Part shown: positions 53,676-62,521 of the stretch, piece after piece
Position numbering within the stretch: position 1 is the first letter of the stretch
Layout of the letters: each line of letters begins with the position of its first letter
From: an uncultured delta proteobacterium
GTDB taxonomy: Bacteria > Desulfobacterota > Binatia > UBA9968
DNA length: 64,000 bases
Direction of reading: 5' to 3'
Assembly (NCBI GenBank): GCA_963727625.1
Contig: CAVSHR010000005.1
Span: forward strand, 448,001-512,000
Notes under the pieces: generated by a model
What the model was told of the DNA's origin: nothing
Seen by the model: only the letters and a program-made list of their open reading frames with translations
Databases searched by the model: none
Made by a program: the position numbers and the translations under genes

Positions 53676-54425
53676 ATGACTTCAACATGCGAGACTCCCG
53701 GTGCGATGCTTGCCGGACAGCTCCTCAAGCAAAGCGAGCAAGATGGCGCCGTCACCCCGATGGACGCCGTGCTCGACGCGGCGCTCGCGAAAAGCTTCAC
53801 CGACGATCGCTGCTATCGGCTGCTCGCCCGTTTCTGGACGCTCAAGCGCATGATGTATTACGTCTATGGCGGCTGGGCCCAGGGAATTAATTTAAACGAG
53901 TACCCGCCTTCGGTCGCTTATCTCTTCGGCAAGCAGACCTACGACGAATCCACCCAAGAGATGCAGCTTTGCGACGAGATCTTGCGGCGCCGCTGGGCGC
54001 GCACGCAAAAGCAATTGTTCGCCCACCCCTACGCTCGGTTCGCCACGGCGACGCGCGCCGGGGCCTACATATTTTGCCTGCGAGCCCTCGCCAACTACCC
54101 CCAAAACGTTCGCATCGCCGCGCTCAACCTCGGGCCGAAGGTCATCGAGCTCGCCTGGACGGAAAAGTTCGCAAAGTCGATCCCCGACGAATCCATGCAC
54201 GCGATCTTTCAAAGCCAGCTCGCCGAAACTCGCAGCCATGTCCTGATGGGAAAATTTCAAACGGAACGTTTCATTCAAAAAAAGGTGGACGCCGAGCTGG
54301 CCAAGCGTTTATGCGCCGAAACCCGGCGTGACTATTTATTCTTCCTCGAAGAAACCGCCCGATTTGTCTTGGGTATGGAAGAAGAAAAGGCCGGTGAAGT
54401 GACCGTTTCTGGAGATATTGACTGA
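53676..54425 (+). CDS. Ferritin-like fold protein with degenerate diiron ligands
   Basis: KQTYDESTQ and QLAETRSHVLMG occupy the two D/E-E-x-x-H positions. Confidence 0.5.
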   Translation: MTSTCETPGAMLAGQLLKQSEQDGAVTPMDAVLDAALAKSFTDDRCYRLLARFWTLKRMMYYVYGGWAQGINLNEYPPSVAYLFGKQTYDESTQEMQLCDEILRRRWARTQKQLFAHPYARFATATRAGAYIFCLRALANYPQNVRIAALNLGPKVIELAWTEKFAKSIPDESMHAIFQSQLAETRSHVLMGKFQTERFIQKKVDAELAKRLCAETRRDYLFFLEETARFVLGMEEEKAGEVTVSGDID

Positions 54426-54447
54426 TCGAAAAACGAACGGTTAAAGA

Positions 54448-54510
54448 TTTCAAGCTTCAAAAGCTCAATGAACTCCGACCTTGAACGCTTGAACCTTTGA
54501 ACATTGAACA
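54448..54510. repeat. Degenerate TTGAAC 7/8-mer tandem repeat with inverted TTCAA arm
   Basis: tttcaagcttcaaaa ... ttgaacgcttgaacctttgaacattgaac. Confidence 0.6.
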
Positions 54511-54783
54511 ATGCCGAAACTTAGAATCGACCACGATAAATGCACCGAGTGCCGCATGTGCTACGTCGTCTGCCGCGAGATCGACATCAATGCCGTCGTC
54601 GTCTCGCCGACGTCCCAGCACTTTCTGGCAATCGACGAGCGCTGCACCTATCCCGGTTGCACCGTTTGCCTGATGTACTGCCCGGCGGAAGGGTCCATCG
54701 TCGAAACGAACACGGGACGATCCATGGTCCCTCCGCCGCCCGAAGTCTGGACGGAAAATCGAAGGTGGCCGCGTCTACCCTAA
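54511..54783 (+). CDS. 4Fe-4S dicluster ferredoxin (atypical spacing)
   Basis: CTECRMCYVVC and CTYPGCTVCLMYCP. Confidence 0.8.
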   Translation: MPKLRIDHDKCTECRMCYVVCREIDINAVVVSPTSQHFLAIDERCTYPGCTVCLMYCPAEGSIVETNTGRSMVPPPPEVWTENRRWPRLP

Positions 54784-54804
54784 ACTCATAAACGAACGAA
54801 AGCA

Positions 54805-54850
54805 TTCAAACGACTTGAACGTTTTGAACTGTTTGAACGATTTGAACGGA
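54805..54850. repeat. 9-mer tandem repeat TTGAACnnn x4
   Basis: ttgaacgtt ttgaactgt ttgaacgat ttgaacgga. Confidence 0.65.
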
Positions 54851-54858
54851 GCCCCGTT

Positions 54859-55599
54859 ATGCAACCTATCCTCAAAAATTTTTTAGACCAATGGGTATAT
54901 CCGACAGGCTTTACCGGGCCCGGTTTCGATTTTCGCCTGCGCCAGACCGAGCGCTGCCTGCCGCTATGGGACAAACTCGTTGGGCAAGCGATTCAATTCG
55001 CCGAGAAGGATTTAAAATCCGGCAGCGGTGAATACAAAGCCGTGCGTGCTCGCGCCGGCTACGCCGCCGAGGGGCCGTTCATGTCGCTCAAGCAGATGTC
55101 GACGCAGATTCTCTCGGTCGAAATCGACGAGCAGCCGAAATATATCGACCTCCAGCGCATGCGCGCGCGGCAGATCTGGGACGAGGTGAAGCATGGCCAG
55201 CTCCACGCCGACGTGCTCCTGCGCGGCGGTTTCATAGAGCGCGAGGAAGAGTTAATGGACGATCCGCGCGCCAACACACAGCCCAAGCTCTCTTACTTCG
55301 GCATGACGGCGATGTTCCCGCATATCCATCCGCTGGCCCGCGCCGGCCAGCATTATTACAACGAATCGATGGCCTGCCTTGGGATCGCGGCGACGCTCAG
55401 CGTCATCGACGACGACCTGGTGCGCCACCAACTGCACAGCCAATCGGCCGAGGAGCTGATGCATTTCATGGAAGGCAAATATCAGATCGACGCCTATGCG
55501 CTCACGCCGGAAGATCAGAAGCCGATCGAAGAAGTCTTCGACTTTTTACTCAGGCCTTGGGCACCGGAGCCGAGCCGCGCTCTGGGCGGTTCGCAATGA
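54859..55599 (+). CDS. Ferritin-like diiron-carboxylate protein
   Basis: AAEG...QIWDEVKH...YNESMA...SAEELMH gives a full E-ExxH-E-ExxH set. Confidence 0.7.
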   Translation: MQPILKNFLDQWVYPTGFTGPGFDFRLRQTERCLPLWDKLVGQAIQFAEKDLKSGSGEYKAVRARAGYAAEGPFMSLKQMSTQILSVEIDEQPKYIDLQRMRARQIWDEVKHGQLHADVLLRGGFIEREEELMDDPRANTQPKLSYFGMTAMFPHIHPLARAGQHYYNESMACLGIAATLSVIDDDLVRHQLHSQSAEELMHFMEGKYQIDAYALTPEDQKPIEEVFDFLLRPWAPEPSRALGGSQ

Positions 55600-55690
55600 A
55601 GAAACGCTTGCGTGAAAGGATTTGGAATGAGGATTCTTTTTCGTTTGCGCTGAGCTTCTCGACGCACGAACGCTGCGAGCGGACCTAACG

Positions 55691-55900
55691 ATGAAAGTCA
55701 AAATTATTGAAAATCTCTGCATCGCCTGCGGCCTGTGCCGCGAGGTCTGCCCCGAGCGCGCGGTCCACCCGAAAATGCAGGACATCCATCACATGTACGA
55801 AGTGATCGAGAGCGAATGCACCGGCTGCGGTGATTGTGTTCCCTACTGCCCAGCGCCGGGGGCGCTCAAGGAATACGAGCTAACCGGCATCACGCACTAG
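55691..55900 (+). CDS. 2[4Fe-4S] ferredoxin
   Basis: CIACGLCREVCP and CTGCGDCVPYCP. Confidence 0.9.
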   Translation: MKVKIIENLCIACGLCREVCPERAVHPKMQDIHHMYEVIESECTGCGDCVPYCPAPGALKEYELTGITH

Positions 55901-55953
55901 TTTTTGACCTATCTTCCGCAACCGCACTTAAGAAACCCTCGGAGGAGTTGGCT

Positions 55954-57129
55954 ATGAGCACCGATCCACGCACTCGCAGCTTATCTGAAACCGCCGCACA
56001 ACGTGGCCCGAACCGGTCGCTTTTCACCAAGGGTGGCCCGCCAAACTACGTGGAGAAGTCACTGGCGGCCGCGGCCACCCCGTTCAAGGGCATCACCAGC
56101 GACGGCAACGTGATCCCCGGTCTTTTCGGCATCCAGAAGACCGGCGTTTCGACCCAGTCGATCCGCGAGGCCGCCGAAGCGTTTCTCGGGTCGCTGACCC
56201 CTGCGCAGCGCGCCAAGACGCTCTTTCCCGTCGACACTGACCAGTGGCGTAAGTGGAGCAATATTCATCCGACGCTCATGCGGCACGGCACGCCGCTGTT
56301 CGAGATGACCGATGCGCAGCGCGATTGTGCTTTTGCGTTGCTGCGCGAGAGCTTGAGCGGGCAGGGTTTCGAAGAAGCCCTTGACCTCATGCACTTGAAC
56401 GAAACCGTCCAAGAGATGACCGGCCGGGTCGACGAGTACGGCGAAGACCTCTACTGGCTGAGCATCATGGGCACGCCGTCCGCGACCGAGCCCTGGGGCT
56501 GGCAGTGGGACGGCCATCATCTGATCATCAATTATCTGGTGCTCGGCGATCAGGTGGTGGCGACGCCGACCTTTTTGGGGGCTGAGCCGGTGCACGCCCG
56601 AATCGGCAAATACGCCGGCCTGCGCGCTTTCAAAGCCGACGAAGACCGCGGCTTGGCGCTTGCCCGCACGCTTTCCGATACCCAGCGCGCCAAGACAGTG
56701 CTTGCGCCGGAAACGTCCGGCGAGGATTTCACCACCGCGTTTCGCGATAACCTCGTGCTGGATTATGCGGGTATTCGCTACGAAGACCTTTCGACCCAGC
56801 AGCATGATCTCTTGCTTCAACTGGTCAACTATCACGTCGGGCGCCTGCGCAACGGCCATGCTCAATTGAAAATGGACGAAGTGAAGCGCCATTTGAAGGA
56901 CACGCATTTCTGCTGGATGGGCGGCATGGAGAACGACAGCACTTTTTACTACCGCGTGCAGAGCCCGGTGATCATCGTCGAGTTCGATCACCAGCGCGGT
57001 ATCGCCTTCCGCGAAAAGACCAAGCCGTATAAAGACCATATCCACGTGATCGTGCGCACGCCCAACGGCAACGACTACGGCAAAGATCTCTTGCGCCAGC
57101 ACTATCAATACGGCCATCACGCCAGGTAG
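55954..57129 (+). CDS. DUF3500 domain protein
   Basis: WSN, PWGWQWDGHHLIIN, TPTFLGAEP, YYRVQSPVIIVEFDH, HIHVIVRTPNGNDYG. Confidence 0.88.
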   Translation: MSTDPRTRSLSETAAQRGPNRSLFTKGGPPNYVEKSLAAAATPFKGITSDGNVIPGLFGIQKTGVSTQSIREAAEAFLGSLTPAQRAKTLFPVDTDQWRKWSNIHPTLMRHGTPLFEMTDAQRDCAFALLRESLSGQGFEEALDLMHLNETVQEMTGRVDEYGEDLYWLSIMGTPSATEPWGWQWDGHHLIINYLVLGDQVVATPTFLGAEPVHARIGKYAGLRAFKADEDRGLALARTLSDTQRAKTVLAPETSGEDFTTAFRDNLVLDYAGIRYEDLSTQQHDLLLQLVNYHVGRLRNGHAQLKMDEVKRHLKDTHFCWMGGMENDSTFYYRVQSPVIIVEFDHQRGIAFREKTKPYKDHIHVIVRTPNGNDYGKDLLRQHYQYGHHAR

Positions 57130-57207
57130 CGGCGGTCCTTGTACCGTACCACCAAATAAGCGGTCGAAAATTGACTAAAAATTGGCCCGATAGCATAAGG
57201 AGGCATC

Positions 57208-57840
57208 ATGCTCGAATTCGAAGGCCGGCAGATCCCCAATGAGCTCAAAGAGATCGTCGATCCCAAACGTACCGTGCTCCTGGTCTGGGACATGCAGAAC
57301 GATCAAGCCGGCGGCGCCTTCAACAAAGAGGCGCTGATTCGAAACGCACCGCCGCTCATCGACGCGGCGGCGAAAGCAAGGATCAAAACCATCTACACGC
57401 GTCAGACCCCCTTTCTCTGGAAAGACGAAGCTGCGGTGTGGATCCGCCGGGGCATGAAAGATCAAAAAGTCGACCACCCGGGCAAGCTCAAGCCGCGCCG
57501 CCTGCATGGCAGTTTCGGCTGGAATCTCATGGAACCGTTCAAGCCTGGCCCGGATGACATGGTGATCGACAAGCGCCGTCCGACCATGTTCATCGGCAAT
57601 GAGTTTGAAACCGTCATGAATAATATCAGCGCGACCACGGTTGTCATGATCGGCTGCACCACCGACGGCGGCGTCGAAGCCACAGTGCGGGAGGGGTTCA
57701 ATCGCAGTTACTTCATGGTCATCCCGCGCGACTGCGTCGGCACTTATACCGAAGAAGGCCACAACGCCGCGCTCAAACGCATGGAGCGCTTCGCCGAAGT
57801 CATCGATTCCAAAGAACTGATCGATCTTTGGCGACGGTGA
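57208..57840 (+). CDS. Isochorismatase-like hydrolase
   Basis: LLVWDMQND, IDKRR, GCTTDGGVEATVRE, PRDCV. Confidence 0.85.
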   Translation: MLEFEGRQIPNELKEIVDPKRTVLLVWDMQNDQAGGAFNKEALIRNAPPLIDAAAKARIKTIYTRQTPFLWKDEAAVWIRRGMKDQKVDHPGKLKPRRLHGSFGWNLMEPFKPGPDDMVIDKRRPTMFIGNEFETVMNNISATTVVMIGCTTDGGVEATVREGFNRSYFMVIPRDCVGTYTEEGHNAALKRMERFAEVIDSKELIDLWRR

Positions 57841-57846
57841 GCTTCG

Positions 57847-58251
57847 ATGAAAGTTGAAGTTAGTGAAGCGGTCAAAAAACTTCATGGTGGCGATGAGGAG
57901 AATGCATTCCTTGAGTTGATCGAGCTGCCGGGCGAAGTGTTGCCGGCGATCGTCGACTTTTTCCATGTCGAAACCGAGCCCCCTATCCGGGCTTTTCTAA
58001 TTAAGGCCGCTTGGGAGCGCGGCGATGACTCAGCAATTCCACTGTTGGCTGAAGCCTTGAACGACGATGCGGAAGAAGTTTGGCAGGAAGCTCTCGATGG
58101 CCTCGTGGCCTTTGCCTGCTTGAACACGCTCGAGATCCTCATCCAAGGGCGGTCGCGCGAGTTTGCCGACCGAGAGGCCGCCAAGCGCTTCCGGCTTTGG
58201 CTGGAAGAAGCGATTCAACAAATTCAATTCGAGCTCCGAGCCAAAGCCTAA
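57847..58251 (+). CDS. HEAT-repeat-like hypothetical protein
   Basis: AIPLLAEALNDDAEEVWQEALDGL. Confidence 0.6.
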   Translation: MKVEVSEAVKKLHGGDEENAFLELIELPGEVLPAIVDFFHVETEPPIRAFLIKAAWERGDDSAIPLLAEALNDDAEEVWQEALDGLVAFACLNTLEILIQGRSREFADREAAKRFRLWLEEAIQQIQFELRAKA

Positions 58252-58336
58252 TTTTAGCTTTCCCCGTTTGCGTAATTCATCCCGAAGGAGTTAAAAGATT
58301 TTAAGTTCCCTCGATAATTCGTCAAAGGAGATCGCT

Positions 58337-59305
58337 ATGGCTGGAACAATCGGCAAGAAGGCGCTTCACGTCGCCACCTTTTCCGGATGGTATCGTTTTG
58401 AGCAAGATGGCAAAGAGTTCAAACAAACCAAACGGGATCTAACCTACTGGACCCTCACCTGCATGTCGGTCGATCCGCAGAGTCCGGAAAAGATTTACGC
58501 CGGCAGCGAGCATTCCGGGCTTTTCTACACGGAGAACGGCGGCAAGAACTGGAAGCGCGCCGAACCGAACACGCCCAAGATGATGCTGTATTCGACCCTG
58601 GCGCTCAATGGCGGAGTGATGGTCGGGACCATTCCGTCCGCCGTCTTTCGCAGCAAGAACGGCGGATGGGAAGAATTGGAAGGCGTGCGTGTCAACAGCG
58701 CCGGCGCCAATTTTCCGCCCAGTCCGGAACTGCAATCCCGCGCACGCTATCTCACTTTCGATCCCGTCGCGCCTGCACGCCTCTACGCCGGCATTGAAGT
58801 CGGCGGCATGCTGGTCAGCGACGACAGCGGCTGCACCTGGAAACCCGCAAACGAAGGGTTGACCGACATGGACATTCATGAGGTGCTCGCTAGTGAGGCG
58901 AACCCCGGCATGGTCTACCTCGCCTGTGGTGAAGCCTGCTTCCGCAGCTTCGACCGCGCCGCCCATTGGCAAGACATGTCACCCAAGTCGCACGATTACG
59001 GCACGTCGGTAGCCGAAGACAAAAACGGCGTCGTCTTTCTCGGCTGCGGCAAGGGGCGACCCAACAAATGGATTCGCGAGGAAGGCGCGAACGCGGCGAT
59101 CTTCCGCAGCCCGGACAAGGGCGCGACCTGGGAAACACTCGTCGGCAACCTTACGGGGGGCGTGATGCATATGTGCCCCACCCCTGACGGCAATGGAATG
59201 GTGGCCGGCACCTCCGACGGTTCGTTGCTGGTGATTGACGACAAGGGCGTGCGCGAAGTCGTCAGCGGTTTGCCCTTCGTAACCTCGGTGGAGTTGGCGG
59301 CGTAG
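58337..59305 (+). CDS. BNR/Asp-box beta-propeller (Ycf48-like)
   Basis: TENGGKNW, SDDSGCTW, SPDKGATW, YAGIEVGG, DIH. Confidence 0.83.
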   Translation: MAGTIGKKALHVATFSGWYRFEQDGKEFKQTKRDLTYWTLTCMSVDPQSPEKIYAGSEHSGLFYTENGGKNWKRAEPNTPKMMLYSTLALNGGVMVGTIPSAVFRSKNGGWEELEGVRVNSAGANFPPSPELQSRARYLTFDPVAPARLYAGIEVGGMLVSDDSGCTWKPANEGLTDMDIHEVLASEANPGMVYLACGEACFRSFDRAAHWQDMSPKSHDYGTSVAEDKNGVVFLGCGKGRPNKWIREEGANAAIFRSPDKGATWETLVGNLTGGVMHMCPTPDGNGMVAGTSDGSLLVIDDKGVREVVSGLPFVTSVELAA

Positions 59306-59409
59306 AGAATAAGGATAATCGCGAGAGGAGAAGGCATAAAAATAAATTTGGAATTGTCTGATCGGTATTTCACTTTTATTCCTTCTTCTCTTCTTTATCT
59401 ATTATCTTC
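59306..59409. repeat. Purine-rich / pyrimidine-rich inverted ~7-mer repeat
   Basis: agaataaggataa...gagaggagaagg versus ccttcttctcttctttatctattatctt. Confidence 0.45.
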
Positions 59410-59465
59410 CAGGCGGCCACTCCCCTACTCCATCACTCCAATGATGGACCCGTAGAGGATTCACC

Positions 59466-60110
59466 ATGAAGCTTTACACGTTTTTTCGCAGTTCCGCTTC
59501 CTACCGCGTGCGCATCGCGCTCAATATAAAGGGCCTGACTTATGAGCAGGCGCCGGTCCATCTGCGGCGCGGCGGCGGCGAGCAACTGGCACCAGCCTAC
59601 AAGGCGATCAATCCTCAAGCGCTCGTGCCTGCGCTGGAAGACAACGGGAAGGTTCTCACGCAATCGCTAGCTATTATCGAGTATCTGGAAGAGACCCATC
59701 CAAAACCAGCGCTGCTTCCCACCGACCCGGCCGACAAGGCGCTGGTGCGCGGAATGGCCATGGTCATCGCCTGCGAAGTGCATCCAATTCAGAATCTGCG
59801 CGTGCTCAATTACGTTAAGAAAGAATACGGCCAGTCCGACGAGCAGGTGAATCGCTGGGCGCAGCATTGGATCGATCTCGGCCTGGGCGCTCTGGAACAA
59901 ATGATTCTCGCTCAGCCCAAGCGCGGCAAATTCTGCTTCGGCGACGCGCCGAGCCTCGCCGATATTTGCCTGATCCCACAGCTCGGCAACGCCCGTCGCT
60001 ACGGCTGCGATCTGTCCAAGTACCCGACGATTATAGCCATCGAAAAGACTTGCATGGCGCTGCCGCCCTTCGCCGCAGCCGCGCCGGAAAAGCAGCCGGA
60101 CGCGGAATAA
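59466..60110 (+). CDS. maiA: Maleylacetoacetate/maleylpyruvate isomerase (GST zeta)
   Basis: FRSSASYRVRIAL, TQSLAIIEYL, HPIQNLRVL, LADICLIPQ. Confidence 0.92.
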   Translation: MKLYTFFRSSASYRVRIALNIKGLTYEQAPVHLRRGGGEQLAPAYKAINPQALVPALEDNGKVLTQSLAIIEYLEETHPKPALLPTDPADKALVRGMAMVIACEVHPIQNLRVLNYVKKEYGQSDEQVNRWAQHWIDLGLGALEQMILAQPKRGKFCFGDAPSLADICLIPQLGNARRYGCDLSKYPTIIAIEKTCMALPPFAAAAPEKQPDAE

Positions 60111-60186
60111 GTAGTTTCGATTACGTGGTCGTAAGTTCGGATCCCGACCTTGTGCGTTGACCCGACACTAGAAACATTTCCGACCC

Positions 60187-60960
60187 ATGTTTGTTATCAA
60201 ACAATTTCTCAAAGCATTACTGCTGCCGCCGACGGTTTGGCTGCTCATGCTGCTGGCGGCGTTCGTCTTCTGGCGCCGCAGTTGGGCACGCAAGTTCCTG
60301 TTTTACACGATTCTTTTGATTTTCGCCTTACACAGCGGCCCGGTGAATTACGCACTCCGCTACCCGCTCGAGTCGCGTTATCCACCGCTTCTCGATCCTC
60401 AAACAGCGGGGTCCTATGATGCCATCGTCGTTCTTACCAGCGGGATCATCCCCGCCGGAGGTTTGGTGCCATTTCCTTCCATCGACGAGTTCATGTTCCG
60501 CCGCCTTGACGAAGCCTGGCGGCTGTATCGAATTCAACCCAGGCCGATCATCGTCTCGGGCGGCCATGTCAACCCATTCACCGCAGACAAAAGCGAGAAC
60601 AAGATCGCCCGCGATTATTTGATCCGCTGGGGCGTGCCGGTAGATGACGTGATCGGCGAAGGCCGATCGCGGGATACTTTTGAGAGCGCCGTTGAGGTAC
60701 AAAAGATCTTGCGACAAAAAGGCTTCAAACGTTATTTGCTGGTTACTTCCGCGGTGCATATGCCGCGAAGCATGCTCGCCTTTAGCGCCCTGGCGCCCGA
60801 ACCGATCGCCGCTCCCGGCGACTTTTCCCTCAGCGCCCTGGAAATCACACCCTTCGATTTCATTCCCAACGAGCAGGCGGCGCGCAGACTTTTCATCACC
60901 CTGCATGAATACCTGGGTTTGGCCAACTACAACTGGCGTGTGCGCTTTGCCAAACCCTAG
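60187..60960 (+). CDS. YdcF/DUF218 (ElyC-like) membrane protein
   Basis: IIVSGG, SRDTFESA, LVTSAVHMPRS, HEYLG. Confidence 0.9.
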   Translation: MFVIKQFLKALLLPPTVWLLMLLAAFVFWRRSWARKFLFYTILLIFALHSGPVNYALRYPLESRYPPLLDPQTAGSYDAIVVLTSGIIPAGGLVPFPSIDEFMFRRLDEAWRLYRIQPRPIIVSGGHVNPFTADKSENKIARDYLIRWGVPVDDVIGEGRSRDTFESAVEVQKILRQKGFKRYLLVTSAVHMPRSMLAFSALAPEPIAAPGDFSLSALEITPFDFIPNEQAARRLFITLHEYLGLANYNWRVRFAKP

Positions 60961-61096
60961 GCCCGCTCGAGCGTGGCAGCGCCGATTCTTAGTTGCAAAT
61001 CGCCCGCGGAATGATAGACAAGTCGATATTGCTATACCCGACCAGCAGCGATGCGGCCGGGCCTTCATTGACAAGTTTTAAATCAAGAGACTGAAC

Positions 61097-62374
61097 ATGT
61101 TGCCCCGCGAAGACAACGATTTACTCACCCAGGTTGGTGCTGGAAGGCCGCTCGGCCGGCTCCTGCGGCACTACTGGATTCCCGCGTTGTTGTCGCAGGA
61201 AATCCCCGAACCCGACAGCCCGCCGGTGCACGTCCGCCTGCTTGGCGAAGATTTGGTGGCGTTTAGAGACAGCCAAGGTCGGGTCGGGCTCTTGGACGAA
61301 CATTGCTCGCATCGCGGCACTTCGTTGTTTTTTGGGCGTAACGAGGAATGCGGCGTGCGCTGCATTTACCACGGCTGGAAATTCGACGTTGACGGCAACG
61401 TCTTGGAAACCCCGGCGGAGCCCGCCGACAGCACATTGAAAAATAAAGTGCACCACACTGCTTATCCATGCCGGGAAGCTGCGGGTGTCGTCTGGAGCTA
61501 TCTCGGTGCTAGAGAAAGCATGCCGCTCTTGCCGAATTACGAGTGGATGAATTTGCCGCTCGAAAATTTATACGTCACCAAATCAGTGCAGGATTGCAGC
61601 TGGCTCCAAGGCCTCGAAGGTGAATGCGACTCGTCCCATCTGTCCATTCTGCACAAAGCCTTTTCGGAACGGCAGCGCGGCGGCGGCGATCCGGACATGT
61701 ACGCCGCCGATACCGCGCCAAGCCTCGAAGGCGCCGAAACCGACTACGGTATCCGAATGATTTCCTGCCGCAAAGCCGACAACGATACGATCTACCTGCG
61801 AGTTTCCAACATCGTGTTGCCCTGCCACGGCTTCATCCCCACCGGCGGCCTCAAAGGCAACGCCGAGGGCTATACGATTCATTCGCACGTACCGATCGAC
61901 GACACCCGCAGCATGCGTTACAACATTCACTTCCGGAGAAGCCGACCGATCCACGCCGAAGAGCGGCAGCACGAGCGCGAGATCGAGGCGAATTTTACAA
62001 AAGTGCGCAACCTGCAAAACAACTATCTCCAAAATCGCGAAGAGCAGCGAAGCGAGACCTTCACGGGGATGGGCAGAACCTTCCTGGTCCACGATTCCTG
62101 CGCCACCGAAAGCATGGGACCGATCTACGACCGCTCCCAGGAACATCTCGGCGCGAGCGACGGGACCGTAATCGCAGTTCGGCGCTTCTTGCTGAAGTGC
62201 GTTCGGGGCGCGATGGCCGGCAACGAGCCGCCGCATGTTATTCACAATGCCGAACAGAACGACCTGCGCCACCTGGCGTGCATCGTCGCCAAGATCCCCT
62301 CAACTAAAAAGCCGGAACAGTTTGTCTCCGAACAGTTGATTAAAGAGAAATACTGGGAGACAGCGAGCAAGTAG
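61097..62374 (+). CDS. Rieske non-heme iron oxygenase (phthalate dioxygenase/LigXa-like)
   Basis: CSHRG...CIYHGW Rieske motif; EGECDSSHLSILH mononuclear Fe motif. Confidence 0.92.
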   Translation: MLPREDNDLLTQVGAGRPLGRLLRHYWIPALLSQEIPEPDSPPVHVRLLGEDLVAFRDSQGRVGLLDEHCSHRGTSLFFGRNEECGVRCIYHGWKFDVDGNVLETPAEPADSTLKNKVHHTAYPCREAAGVVWSYLGARESMPLLPNYEWMNLPLENLYVTKSVQDCSWLQGLEGECDSSHLSILHKAFSERQRGGGDPDMYAADTAPSLEGAETDYGIRMISCRKADNDTIYLRVSNIVLPCHGFIPTGGLKGNAEGYTIHSHVPIDDTRSMRYNIHFRRSRPIHAEERQHEREIEANFTKVRNLQNNYLQNREEQRSETFTGMGRTFLVHDSCATESMGPIYDRSQEHLGASDGTVIAVRRFLLKCVRGAMAGNEPPHVIHNAEQNDLRHLACIVAKIPSTKKPEQFVSEQLIKEKYWETASK

Positions 62375-62521
62375 GTTTTGTGCCGACGTCAAACATTCTG
62401 CGCGCTCCACGATTGCGAATCGTCCGGCTCTGTCATCGCAAACGAACAGAAGAGATTTCTCGGCTTCGCTGCAAAATTCCACCGAATAGAAGACAAGCCG
62501 AAATAAAACCCCGGAGGGCCC

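Noticed and set aside
54448-54850. TTGAAC arrays as CRISPR repeats
   Set aside because: Units are 7-9 bp with no unique spacers, and there are no cas genes
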